The notes below the pieces were generated by a model. That model was given only the letters and a program-made list of their open reading frames with translations, was not told the origin of the DNA and did not search any database. A program made the translations under genes and the position numbers. This document shows positions 11,001 to 24,299 of a DNA stretch of 64,000 bases, in pieces. This DNA is from the human T2T-CHM13v2.0 reference genome, Homo sapiens. Numbering within the stretch: position 1 is the first letter of the stretch; each line of letters starts with the position of its first letter. The stretch lies in the NCBI RefSeq assembly GCF_009914755.1, contig NC_060925.1. One strand, written 5' to 3'.

Positions 11001-12883
11001 ATGTTGCAAAATTAGAGAAATTAAAACAGTGTCTTTTTGACACAAGAGTATGTAGATAGATTAGTAGAAAAGAATAGAGAACCCAGAAAGGGATACAACC
11101 AGTTTGGAAACCTGGTGTAACATGTAATGTTGCAAATTAATTAAGAAAATATTATATTCCATTAAAAGCATTGACTCAATTGACCTTTTCTATGGAAACA
11201 GTGATGAAATCATAGCATACCACACTCTGTACACAAAATAATTTCCAATTGGATTAAAAATCTAAACAAAAGAAAAATCTTTCTAAAACTTGGGGAAAAC
11301 GTAAGATTAATTTTACAAACTTGAGATAGACTGTCTTCCTTAACCAAGGTAGCAAAAACTAAATTTTAAAGAAAAATTATTCGACATAAAATTATTAATA
11401 TTTTATTAAACAGAATGTACCACAATATTTTATAAGGAAAAGAGTAGGGGAAGATATCCCAACTCATTTAACAATAAAAAAGTAAGCCAGATGGATGTTA
11501 TTACATAAATAGATTAGATAGATGGAGATAATTTCTTTTAAGAATACCCATTAGAATTTAGTTAACCACCTTCTCCATATCTTTTCTACGTTAAGTAGAC
11601 TTAAATACACATATTGTACCATCCAAAAAGAAAAAAAAAGAAAAAAACACTTCTCAAATTGTGGACTCTAGCCCAAGAAACATAATTCAAATGTTCACTA
11701 CTATATTGCTTATGTTAACTTTCACATTGAACAAATAGGGCTTGCTTTTCTATGCATTATAAGTGAAATTCAGATTATTTCTCAAGATTTTTGGGGGGCA
11801 TTCTCAGATAATAAAAATTTCTCTGGTTCTTGAGAAGTCACCTACATATATATTGATTTGTTTTATATTTTTAAACAATTAAGTCGTTCAGTATTCTCAA
11901 GGAACTTCCACTTTTAACCAAGATATAGTAGCAAGGATGTGATTTTCCCTCACTTGAAAAAAAGACACAAGAAAGTAGACAATATTTACGAACAAAAAAA
12001 CAAGTTTTTTTTTCCCCGTACAACAAAGGCTAGTGATTCCTGAGAAATGGAAAGAAAAGAGGTGAGCCCCACAGTTATTACAGCTGACAGCCCTGAGAAT
12101 GTTTCTGGAATGCAGTGCATGAAGGGGAAACTGAAGAAGAGCTCATTTGATTACCAGAGCTGAGGAGATAGAGCTGAGAGCTTGGAGAGATTAACACAGC
12201 TGGAGCCTGTGGGTCAGAGTGACAGAAAATAGGAAAGAATACTGGCGATCTGTAGCAAGTTCCCACAGAGAGAGTTCTGCAGAATACAGATCAATGTGTG
12301 TGTGTGAAGAAACTACCCAAGGCTGAAGAAAGAATTATCTGTAAGGAATAGAGGGAACAATGTCTGGTTTTCACACAGGACTGGGAATGATGCCCATTAC
12401 CACCAGCCCGACTGAAAAACATAATCATAGGGCACTGGCAAGAGTATTCAGGAAGGTCTTGCCTCAGGAGTGGTGAATAATTAGTACTACACTGAATGTT
12501 CCTCTGATTCCATCCAACAATCTTAAAGACTCTAAAGGATCAAACTGTTTTCGAGTAATTTAACTGAGTCTTAGAACACAGCTCAAGACTAATAATACAA
12601 ATATAAAATATCCAACACTACCCAAGAAAAAAATCATAATCTCTACATCCAATCAAAGATTGCCCAACAGAAAAGAAACAGAAAAATATTACCCATAATA
12701 AGAAAAATCAATCAACTGAAACCAACATAGCACCTGCAAAGATGATAGAATTAGTAGATTCATTAAAACAATTCTTATTATTACTTTTCATATAATCAAA
12801 AGTTAAGTTGATACATGAAAGATTTAACAAATCCCAGATTGAAGTTCTAGATATGGAAACTCCAATGTTTGAGATGAAAATAA

Positions 12884-13867
12884 TAGTAGTCCCCCTTATC
12901 TGTGGGGATACATTCTAGACCCCCAATGGGTGCCTGAAATCACAGATAGTACTGAACCCTACATATACTATATATTTTCCTATACATACATACCTATGGT
13001 AAAGTTTAACTTATAAATTAGGTACAGTAAGAGATTAACAGCAATAAGTAATACAATAGAACAATTCTAACAATATACTATAAAATAAGTTATCGTGGGA
13101 ACTGAACAATGAAAACACTTGGACACAGGAAGGGGGACATCACACCCCCGGGCCTGTTGTGGGGTGCGAGGAGTTGGGAGGGATAGCATTAGGAGATATA
13201 CCTAATGTAAATGATGAGTTAATGGGTGCAGCACACCAACATGGCACATGTATACATATGTAACAAACCTGCATGTTGTGTACATGTACCCTAGAACTTA
13301 AAGTATAATAACAAAAAAAAGAAAAAAAATCTCATACCCTGTGGCCATAACTTTTGCAGTTTGAGGTGTGACAACAGAACTACATGAATTTCTTCACAAT
13401 TTGATGAATAAAAGGTTTGTTCTTACTGTAGATCTTAGCAACCTCACTCAGTATACGATTTTTTCTTTACTTATTGAGAATTTTCATTTAATCACTTAAA
13501 GGAAGTGCTTCATAGCTTTTCTTTGCCATATCTGAGTTACCAGCACTTTGGGGACATTATTAAGTAGAATAAGGGTTAGTTGAGCACAAGCACTGCCATA
13601 CCACAGCAGCTGATCTGATAACAGAGCTGGCTACAAAGTGACTAATGGGTGGGTAGCATATGCAGTGTGGATAGATTGGACAAAATGATGATTTATGTCC
13701 TGGGCGGGCTAGAGTAAGATTCTATCATGCGAATCAAAACAGTGCATAATTTAAAACTTATGAATTGTTTATTTCTAGAAATTTTCATTTAATATTTTCA
13801 GATGATGGTTAACCACACATAACTTAAACAGCTTGAAAGCAAAACTGCAGATAAGGAGAAACTACTG
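12884..13867 (-). mobile_element. MER44 (Tigger7-derived) DNA transposon
   Basis: Terminal inverted repeats tagtagtcccccttatctg ... cagataaggagaaactactg, followed by TA. Confidence 0.85.
13094..13329 (+). mobile_element. L1PA (PA5/6-like) 3'UTR fragment inside MER44
   Basis: gtgggaactgaacaatg...tgtaccctagaacttaaagtataata + A-tail; no obvious TSD. Confidence 0.9.
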
Positions 13868-16211
13868 TACACTGGATAGGACAAACAGCAGATACAACAT
13901 TACACAAGAAAATACTAACAAACTTGAAGACATAACAGGAGAAAACATCCAAAATGGAGCAAAGGGAAGAGAAAAAAGAAAAGAGCAGCAGTGAATGGAA
14001 GGAAAACTTCAAGCTGTTTAATATATGTGAAATTCCAATACTCAAAGGAGAGGAGTGAGAGAGCAGGGCAAAAACTTGTGAAGAAATAATGGCTCAAAAT
14101 TTGCCATATTTGATAAAAACTATAAGCCTCTTATCCAGGAAGTTCAATAAACACCAAGTAGAAGAAATATGAATTCATTCATATAATAAATTCATCTCAT
14201 AATAAACTTGCTCAAAACTAGCAATAACAGAAAATCTTAAAAGTAGCCAAAGAAATAAGACACCTTTCATTCAGAGGACCAAAGATGAGGACAACAGCAA
14301 ATTTTTCAGTGGAAACAATGCAACCATTAGCATCAACACCTTTAAACTACTGAAAGAAAGAAAAAAAAAAAGCTGTTGACCTAAAATTTTATACCCACAT
14401 TTAAAATGCCTTTCAAAAGCAAAGGCAAAATATACATGTTCTCAGACATACAAAAGTTGAAATAATTCAGCAGCAGAAGACAAACATGACAAGAAGTACT
14501 TCTAAAAATCCTTTCAGGAAAAGGGAAAATGACATCAGATGGAATCATGGATCTACATGATAAAGAGAATGAACACCAAAACTGCTAAGTACAGAGGTAA
14601 ATATACAAGATATTTTTTATATTATTTAAATCTCTTTAGGATGACTCACTCTTGAAACAAACATAATTGTAATGTCTTGTTGGGTTTACAGCATATGTGC
14701 AAGTAAAGCATATGAAAATATAGCCAGAAAGGGGTAAATGCATGCATACTATTGTAAGGTTGTTATACTATATGTGAAGGACATACAATCACTTGAAAAA
14801 TGACCATGATAAGTTAAAGACATATATTATAAATCTCGAATCATGTACTAAAGTAACAAAACAAAGTGTTATAGCTAATAAGCCAAAGAGAAGATAAAAT
14901 GTCACCAAAAACAATCCAAAAGACAGCAGAAGAGAGAGAAAATGGAACAAAGAACATATCAATAGAAAACAAATAGCAGGATGATAGATTTAAATGTAAA
15001 TATATCAAAAATAGTTTTCTACGAAAATGGTTGGAATATCCTCAATGAAAAAGCAGAGATAATGGCTACATCTAGATATAAAGAGGAGTATAGGATGAGG
15101 AAGGGACTTTAAGGTCCTGGTAATGTTTCATTGTTAACCTTAGTGGTGAGTGTGTGCATGTTGACTTTATTATTTTCCTTTGGCACATGTGTGTTTTTTC
15201 CATATACCATCATTCTCAATGACCTATGCATGTGTGTTTTATGTGCTCTAATATACATACTATATGTCACAATAAATTACTTTTTAAAAACAGGTGAGAG
15301 AGAGTACGGAAAGTCATAAGAGAAGATAGGAGGCAGCCTTTTTTGGAAGATTCTTGAGGTAGTTTACTCTAAAGAGGAATAGAAAAATGCTGTAATAGCC
15401 GAGGGGGTTATGAAGTCATGGGAAGGATTACTTTCTTTTAAAATGGGAGATATTACAGCATGTTTATATAATTATGGAAATGATCCCCTAGGCAAAAAAA
15501 AAATTGCTAATGCTAAATTGAGAAGTTGCAACTGCAGAAACCAAGTTATTTGTTGGGCAAAAGCATTCGGGATCCAGTGCAGTCATCAAAGAAATGACCT
15601 TAAAAATGGATATTTCACCCAATGTAGCAGAATGAAATGTAGAATATATTAGTGTAGACTCAGTCAGATGATAGATCTGGTCATAAGAGACTATGGAAGC
15701 ACAAGAATAAAGATATTACAAAGTTAAGAGTAAGAGAAAAAGAAACCAAATATAAAATATTAAAAATGATTAGAAAAAAGAAATTAATTGACATAAAACA
15801 TTTAAATAAAATAAAAAGCTGGCAATTTAAAGGAGAATTTTTTAAAAATGAATACCTAAGAATAGGATTATTAGATAAATCTAGAATCTCAACATTTAAG
15901 AGTGTATGATTCTGAACTAATTTTAGAATCAATTAGAATCTAGAATTCTAATTTTAGAATCAAATATAAGTAATAGAGAAGATAACATATTCATGTTCTT
16001 TGTCCTTAAGCTCTTCTTTAAACATTCCTTATATTTCTTTTTCTAATGAAAGTCTGACTCCTTAAGATGTGAATTCACCTATACTGCCTGCAAGTTGTAG
16101 CTGTTTTCTCTCACAATTTCATTACCACTTGTACAGGAGGTAAATTTTGCATCTTCCCTGTTCTTCACTGCCATTTCCAGATTACTCTTTCTTCCTTCTG
16201 AGAAATGCACG

Positions 16212-18450
16212 TAATATGGTTTGGCTGTGTCCCCACCCAAATCTCATCTTTAATTGTAACTCCCACAGTTCCCACCTGTCATGGGAGGTAATTGAATTAT
16301 GCAGGTGGATCTTTCATGCACTGTTCTCATGATAGTGAGTGAGTCTCAAGAGATCTGATGGTTTTACAAATCGGAGTTTCCCTGCACAAGCTCTCTTTCT
16401 TTCATTGCTGCCATCCATGGAAGATGTGACTTGCTCCTCCTTGCCTTCCACCATGATTGTGAGGCCTCCCCAGGCATGTGGAACTCTAAATCCAGTTAAA
16501 CTTCTTTATTTTGTAAATTGCCCAGTCTCGGGTATGTCTTTATAAGCAACATGAAAACAGACTAATACAGTAAACTGGTACCAGTAGACACTGCTGAAAA
16601 GATACCCGAAATATGGAAGTGACTTTGAAACTGGCAAACAAGCAGAGGTTGGAACAGTTTGAAGGGCTCAGAATAAGACAGGAAAATGTGGGAAAGTTTG
16701 TAACTTCCTAGAGACTTTGTTGAATGGCTTTGACAAAAAGTGCTGACAGTGATATGAACAAAAAGGTCCGGCTAAGGTGGTCTCAGATGGAGATGAGGAA
16801 CTTGTTGGGAATTAAAGCAAAGGTAATCCTAGCTATGTTTTAGCTAAGAGACTGGGGCATTTTGCCTCTGCCCCAGAGATCTGTGAAACTTTGAACTTGA
16901 GAGAGATGATTTAGGGTATCTAGTGGAAGAAATTTCTGAGCAGCAAAGCATTCAAGAAGTGACTTGCGTGCTGTTAAAGGCATTCAGTTTCATAAGGGAA
17001 GCAGAACATAACGATTTGGAAAATTTGCAGCCTGACAATGTGATAGAAAAGAAAATCCCATTTTATGAGGAGAAACTCAAGCAGGCTGCAGAAATTTGCA
17101 TAAATAACAAGGAGCCAATTGTTAATCCCTAAGACAATGGGGAAAATGTCTCCAGAGCATGTCAGAGGTCTTCACGGCAGCCTCCCCCATCACAGGTCTG
17201 GAGGCCTAACTAGAAAAAGTGGTTTCATGGGCCAGGCCCAGGGTCACCATGCTGTGTGCAGCCTAGGGACTTGGTGTCTGGCATCTCAGCTGCTCCAGCA
17301 ATCACTGAAAGGGGCCAGCATAGAGCTCAGGCTGTGACTTCAGAGGGTGCAAGCCTCAAGCCTTGGTAGCTTCCACTTGGCATTGAGCCTGCCAGTACAC
17401 AAAAGTCAAGAATTGGGGTTTGGGAACCTCGATCTAGATTTCAGAAGATGTATGGAAATGCCTGTATGTCCGGGCAGAAGTTTGCTACAGGAGTGGAGCC
17501 CTCATGATGAACCTCTGCTAGGGCAGTGCAGAAAAGAAATGTGGGGTTGGAGCCCCCACACAGAGTCCCTACTGGAGCACCAACTAGTGGAGCTGTGAGA
17601 AGAGGGGTGCTGTCCTCCAGACTCCAGAATGGTGCATCCACTGACAGCTTGCACTGTGAACCTGGAAAAAGCTACAGACACTCAATGTTAGTCTGTGAAA
17701 GCAGCCTTGAGCAGATCCACCCTGAAAAGCCACAGAGATGGAGCAAAAAAGATAATTCTGGAACTTTAAGATTTGATTGCCCTGCTGGATTTCATACTTG
17801 CCTGTGGCCTGTAGCCCCTTTGTTTTGGCCAATATCTCCCATTTGGAATGGCTGTATTTACCCAATGCCTATACCTCCACTGTATCAGGAAGTAACTAAC
17901 TTGCTTTTGATTTTACAGGCTCACAGGCGGAAGAGTCTTGCATTGTCTCATATAAGATGTTGGACTGTGGACTTTTGAGTTAATGTGGAAATAAGTTAAG
18001 ATTTTGAGGGGCTGTTCGGAAGGAATGATTGTTTTTGAAATGTGAGAACATGAGATTTGGGAAGGGCCAGGGGTGGAATGATATGGTTTGGCTGTGTCCT
18101 CACCCAAATATCATCATTAATTGTAAGTCCCACAATTTCCATATGTCATGGGGAGAACCCAGTGGGAGGCAATTGAATTATAGGGGAGGGTCTTTCCTGC
18201 ACTGTTCTCATGATAGTGATTGAGTCTCAAGAGATCTGATGGTTTTAGAAATAGGAGTTTCCCTGAACAAGCTCTCTTTCTTTGACTGCTGTCATTCATG
18301 TAAGTTGTGAGTTGCTCCTCCTTGCCTTACACCATGACTGTGAGGCCTCCCCAGCCATGTGGAACTGTAAGTCCAATTAAACCTCTTTCTTTGGTAAATT
18401 GCCCAGTCTCAGGTATGTCTTTATCAGCAGCATGAGAACAGACTAATACT
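16212..18450 (+). mobile_element. THE1 (THE1A/B-like) MaLR element with both LTRs and internal region
   Basis: 5' LTR 16212-16569, internal 16570-18078, purine tract, 3' LTR 18079-18450; TSD GCACG/GCACA at 16207-16211 and 18451-18455. Confidence 0.93.
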
Positions 18451-20689
18451 GCACAATTTTTAACTTCATAATATTAAACTATTCCATCCAACATCCACTC
18501 CTTACTGCAATCATCTATAAATAATGCCAAAATAAGTGATTCGCTCTCATTCTTTGAATATTTTAGCTTCCGGTTCACTGTCATTTTCTCTAACACTACT
18601 TCTGCCTTAGTTCTCAGAAATTTCAAAGTTGCATAAGTAATCCTTTCTATACTATGGACTCTCAGTTCTTTGACATCTCTCTCCAGCTACCTTGCCCTCA
18701 CCCAATCTCAGCCAATTCTTGTCATTACCAATAACTGCACTCCCTCTCTAGTCACAGTTTAAAATTTCCACTCTTGAACCACCATCTTCTATCTTTCAGG
18801 CTTACACTATCAGTATGGTGACTGTAATAATTTCACAGCGAAACAAAAGAAAACTTGAAGACACCACTATAATTAATAACACCCAAAAAGATAAACTTTA
18901 TTGCATTTCTAAGATTAAAAAAATGCGATGATAAAAGGACAATAAAAAGCATTTAGAATACTACAACCAAAATTTTAGAAATTCAGTGGAATGGTAAAAG
19001 ACACTTCCAAATAAACAAGACCGAAAAATATGCTTTTCATGCTCCATTTCCTTGAAAGCTATTAAAGGATGTCATCCAGAAAAGCAAAGCAATAAACTAA
19101 GAAGGAGGAAGACATAAGATCCTGGAAATAGGGATATAACACAGACGAGTGGAGAGGGAAGTCCCTGAGGAGACAGCCGTGCAGTAGACCTAGAGAGAAA
19201 TCTGCCCAGAATAGAAAATAAACAGAAGTCTCTGTACATTTTCCAGAAAGAGCAAGAAATAAAAAGAATTATAGATTAGTTGTCTAAGTTTTTGGAAAAC
19301 TATATGAACTTATCAGTGCTCTTGAAAACAATTAGCAAAACATACACAAGGATAAGTACATGAAATAGCAAAGGAATAACAAATTCTGGGCATGCAAAGG
19401 ATAGAGAAGGTTGTGCTATAAAGGAAACAATCATGATATGCTACTTGGCTCCACAATGAATAATATCCGTATTGACAAAGTGCAGCGGGAGCTGACTATT
19501 GACTTGACTAAATGTTGTGATATGACAATTTTTAGAAGGATAAGGGGAGGAAGAATCAATTTTATGTAGCAGAATTTATATAAAATGAAGTTAATAATAT
19601 ATGTAAAAGATTAAGTTGAATAATAGCAATGTAAGCATATTACTTACAGTATCAAGAAAGACAGTGAAAGAGTTAAAAGAATATTTCTAGGGAGAAGGAC
19701 TTGAAGGAGAGAAGGCCACTGTGTTTCATTATGGGCCTGTTAATACTATCTGACTTGTTATTTTTTTGATAAAAATAAAAAATTATTTTAAAATATTGAT
19801 ACAAACATTTTTATTGTAAGCCACCTCAAATTCTTTTGAGAATTAAATGAGATTATAAAAAATAAATAAGACTCTTTGGGCATTCATTTATCCACCATTG
19901 GTCATTGATTTAGTAGATAATGGCCCTTGAGCCAAAATATGTGAAAATAAGCTTCTATAATGCTTCTTCAGAGCAGTTATCAAGTTTATTGTTAATCTGG
20001 CTCGGCATCCAGAATTTCATGACAGATGTAGCCCAAACTGTGAAAGTTTACAAACATGGCTTTGCTGTAGCTTCCCATTTCTTAATCAAAACTGTTTTCA
20101 TTATTCTTATGAGAGTTGGATATATATTATCTTTTGAACAAACAAAAGATAAGCATCCGCCTTCACACTGATGACATGGACTATTTCTATGAAATGAAAG
20201 ATTTCCAGAAATTGCTGTACTCGTTGACTGAGTGTGTGGCTCATTCTCTCTTGTATCTATCTTCTGCTTTAGCTTTGCAAGAAGTTAAGCTAATTATGGC
20301 AACTGCCTCCCCTGGGGTGCTGCTGATTAGCTGGTAAACACAGAGTGTTACTGCTGTTGTTTATTGTCTCCTTCTGGCCAACTCTGCTTGCATCAGAACA
20401 ACTTTATACACTGCTTTTGGCTGGAGTATTAGAAAAGGCTCATTTCTGGAAATTTTATGGCACGATGCTGGTATGTAGAACCTCACTGATCCTAATTAAG
20501 GACAAAACCCAACATTGAAAAGTGGTGTGCCTTTAAGGTACAAAGAAGTCAATAGACCCCTGTCCAAATGCCTGATTACCCTCTGAAGCATTCTGATCTT
20601 GAATTCAACCTGTAACAAAGCTTATGAAAACTGTTTTACTCCTCTTTCTATGAATGAATGCCGACCATGCTGTTTCTATCTTCTGTCCA

Positions 20690-21800
20690 TTCCTCCCTCC
20701 TGAGCTCTGGGCCACTCTATGCAGCATCTGTTAGACATCTCCACCTGAATGCATCCAAGATGACTCAACTACAGCTTGTTCAGTATGAAACTCATCATAT
20801 TCTCCCTCCTTTATTCTGAATCGTAGTAAGTGTATTACAATATACCTTACCCTCACTCTACTTCCTGAGTTTTTCCTAGTACCTCTCTACCCTGGCTGAC
20901 AGAATTAATCATAAAAACTTTTAAAAATGCAGGTGTTTAGTTCACACTCAGGTCCATTGTATTAGAATATCCAGGAATGAGGTTTAGCATGTGAAAATGT
21001 TAATAGTGCTGTAGTAACTGCGCTAGGGAATTAAGTTTGATAACCATTATATTTCTGTCATCTCTTCTCCCATTCCTCCAATCACTGTTTACATTTAGAC
21101 CACTACCATCTCTTGTCGAGATCCTTGCTGTAGTTTCCAACTGTATTTCCAGTATCCTATCTCAGCATCTTTAATAATATGTTCTCATATGCCTGGCATT
21201 TAGTTTTTCTCCAGTACGTTTCTAGAACCACTTTTCTAGCATCTTATCTTGACATTCTGGTGCTTGAAATCCTGTAATAGTTCTTTTTTCAGCCTCAGGA
21301 TAAACTCTGAAGTCATTAAGGGAGCATTGCTCTTGCCCCATCTCTTCCACCAACTAAAATCCTTAGTCATGATATTTTCTGTTTCCTAAATATTTACAAA
21401 TCTGATGGGGTCATATATTATATAACTTAAGAGCTTGCTTATGGAATCCTTTAGATTTGCTTTCAAAGCACCGCTCTAGTCCTTGGTGTCCATAGCAAGT
21501 TGCTTAATTTTTTAAGCTCCAATTTTCTTCTCTGCAAAATAGATTCAATAATGACTACTTCATAAGGATATTGGGATGAGTAAATTAATCTATGTAAAGT
21601 GAGTAACACAAAGCAAGGACTCAGCGTTGGTGACTGTTATTGATGGCCATTCTTATTTGCACATGTTATTTTCTTCCTAGGATGCTATTCCTTTACATAT
21701 TCACCTGAATTATCTGTACTATTTAAAGCTCAGCTAGTCACACTCTTCTCAGGAAGACTTCCCTTGCAACCACTCCTTACAGGAATGCTCATCTTTCCTC
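20690..21800 (+). mobile_element. L2 fragments with nested MER5-like (~20900-21050) and MIR (~21420-21640) remnants
   Basis: L2-like cctgagctc...gacatctccacctgaatg; MIR core ttttcttctctgcaaaatag. Confidence 0.5.
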
Positions 21801-21805
21801 TGATT

Positions 21806-22480
21806 TAGGGATCACCTGACTCTGGCCCATGGACCAAATCTGACTACCACCTGTCTTCCTATGGCCTGTGAGATAAGAAGAAGTTTTACATTTTTAAATA
21901 AGTTTGAAAAGAAAACAAAAGGCGGTATGTGGAAATTATATAAAATTTAAATCTCAGTCTCCATAAATAAATTTGTTGTGGAACATAGTCATGACTTCCA
22001 TTTGTTTATATATTGTCTAAGACTGCTTTAACACAACAGTAGGATTGAGGAGTTGCAACAGAAAATGTATGGCCAACAAAGGCTAAAATAGTTACTATCT
22101 GGCCTTTTTCAGGAAAAAAAAAAAAAAAAATTGGTCTGGTGTGGTGACCTGTAAACCCAGCACACAAGGAGGCATAGGTGGAAGGAATACTTGAGGCCAG
22201 GAGTTTGACACCAGCCTGAGCAACATAGTGAGACAACATATCCAAAAAAATTTACAACAATAAATTAGCAGGGCACAGTGGTACACACCTGTTGTCCTAG
22301 CTACTCAACAGGCTGAAGTGGGAAGATCACTAGAGGCAAGGAGTTTGAGGTTATGGGGAGCTATGTGATCATGACCATGTACTCCAGCCTGGGAGACAGA
22401 GCGAGACCTTGTCTCTAAAAATAAATAAATAAGAAAATAAATAAATAAATAAATAAATAAATTTTTTGACTCTTTCTCTA
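21806..22480. mobile_element. MER58B-like DNA transposon, split near its end by an AluJ
   Basis: ggcccatggaccaaatctg...ggctaaaatagttactatctggcctttttcagg; remainder follows the Alu tail. Confidence 0.75.
22133..22460 (+). mobile_element. AluJ SINE with (AAAT)n tail
   Basis: Diverged dimeric Alu, cttgaggccaggagtttgacaccagcc. Confidence 0.88.
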
Positions 22481-22724
22481 TGTTATTTTACCAGTTATTA
22501 TCTGTTTTCCTGTCTCCTTACTTGTCTCCCCACAACAAGTGACCTCCTTTAAGTCAGAGACCATGTTTTATGGTTGCCCCAACACTTAGCACATTGACTA
22601 ACAGATAGTAAACTCTCAATATATTTTTACTGAATGAATGTGAGAATTATCTTCCCAAAGGTGTTTTATTATTCTTTATCAAACATGGAAATAATTTATA
22701 ACTCAACATTTTGTGATAATTCAG

Positions 22725-22960
22725 AATAGTAATAAGAGCTTCTCATTTTAATTAGGTGCTACCTATGTGCCAGTTCATTTTCTAACCCCTACTATATGTT
22801 ATCTTATAAAGAACACCCTAGGAAGCAAAATCACTTATCATTCCCTTTTTATATATAAGGAACCAGAGGTACAAAGAACCCAAGTAACTTGAGTAAGGTC
22901 TCAGAATTAGGAAGTGATAAAGTCAGACAGTTTGGCTCAGAGTCCTCTCTTAATTACTGT
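22725..22960 (-). mobile_element. MIR SINE
   Basis: ctacctatgtgccag...cccttttatatataaggaaccagagg...aagtaacttgagtaaggtc. Confidence 0.65.
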
Positions 22961-24299
22961 GTTAGAATGCTATCTTACAGTGAAAATGAAGAGAGAGACG
23001 AAATAAGGTAAGGTTTTTGTTTTAATAAGCATTGTCTTAAACTAATGTACTTTAAAATACATTGAAAATAAAAATTTAAAATATAGGCTAGCTTATTCTG
23101 GACAATCTTTCCTGGAAAAATATACAAGAGTATTTGCTGAATCACAGTGTATGCTCAAATCTTAATTATCTGTTGTTGCTGTCACTTTTGCCAGGCAAAT
23201 GCTGGCAAACATTCAAAATGCATATTACTTCTCTATCATAAAATGTACCTTAATACTAGACTATCTATTATGGTTAAAATTAAAAGTGAGTAACAAGAAT
23301 ATATGACAAATGCAACCATTTAGAAATACGATTCTGTCAACCCCCAGAACATTCCTCATATCTCACATGAAATGTAAAGAAATTTTATTGAGCAAAAAAC
23401 TTCAAAGGTCATATAAAAATTAATAAATAATCATTGAAATATTATAGCAGAGAAAAATTCAAGTACATTGAAAGCATTTGCTTGGACATTGATGAAATAT
23501 GACATAAATAAGGTCTTCAAATATAGACAAATTGAGATTATATACTGTTGTAATCTCAGTAACTGGGACTCTATCTCAAGTCTCTTTAAGTTTATTAAGT
23601 AAATTCACTGTTAGTGTTTTAGTTAAAATTCTCTCTATTTTTCATAGCCTTTGTTGTTATTATTACTACTTTTTAGACTATAGGTAAGTCTATCTACACA
23701 TAAAGAATGATTATACTATTTATCAACTCTTTAGAATGAACAATTAAGATATAAAAAGCTGTAATTATTTATCAAGAACTTACAGCAATAAATTGTTTCC
23801 CAGGAGAGTTAAACCATTCTCATAATAAAATGGAAACAATAAGTTTAATTTTCCATTAGAAAATAATGAGCAAAGATAATAAATCTTTAGATGTGCACAA
23901 ATATGATTAATCTAAATGCTTCAGCAAATATTTAAACAATCTTTTTCATACAAGTTGGATGAGAAAATATCATGTTTAGTTTTTTGGACCTATCTAATGG
24001 CCACCCTTGATTATGTGCTGAATAAAATACTATCTCTGAAAGAAGTCGCCAGAATGTAAAAGAGGAATTCTTATTCTCTCCTAGAAGAATGGAAAGCAAG
24101 AATGTAAAGTAAAAGAAACTGAAGATTTATTTTTTTCAAAAACACAGAAAGGCAAACTTTAAATTTATTTAATTTTTTCTATATTTTTAATTTTTTAAAG
24201 ATCAGAGCTTAGAGATTGAACCTCTTTCTCTTCAAATAAAAAATTATGATAAAGGAAGAGTAGGTTTAATTTTCCATCAGAAAATAATGGGCAGGTTTG

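Larger units (their letters stand above)
11900..15060 (+). mobile_element. Old L1M 5'UTR/ORF1 remnant
   Basis: Decayed ORF1-like segments (atccaggaagttcaataaacacc, cagaaaatcttaaaagtagcc, cctaaaattttatacccac); hosts the MER44. Confidence 0.65.

Noticed and set aside
16923-17978. Cluster of 60-150 aa ORFs
   Set aside because: All lie in the THE1 internal region and are fragments of the decayed MaLR frame or GC-driven chance ORFs.
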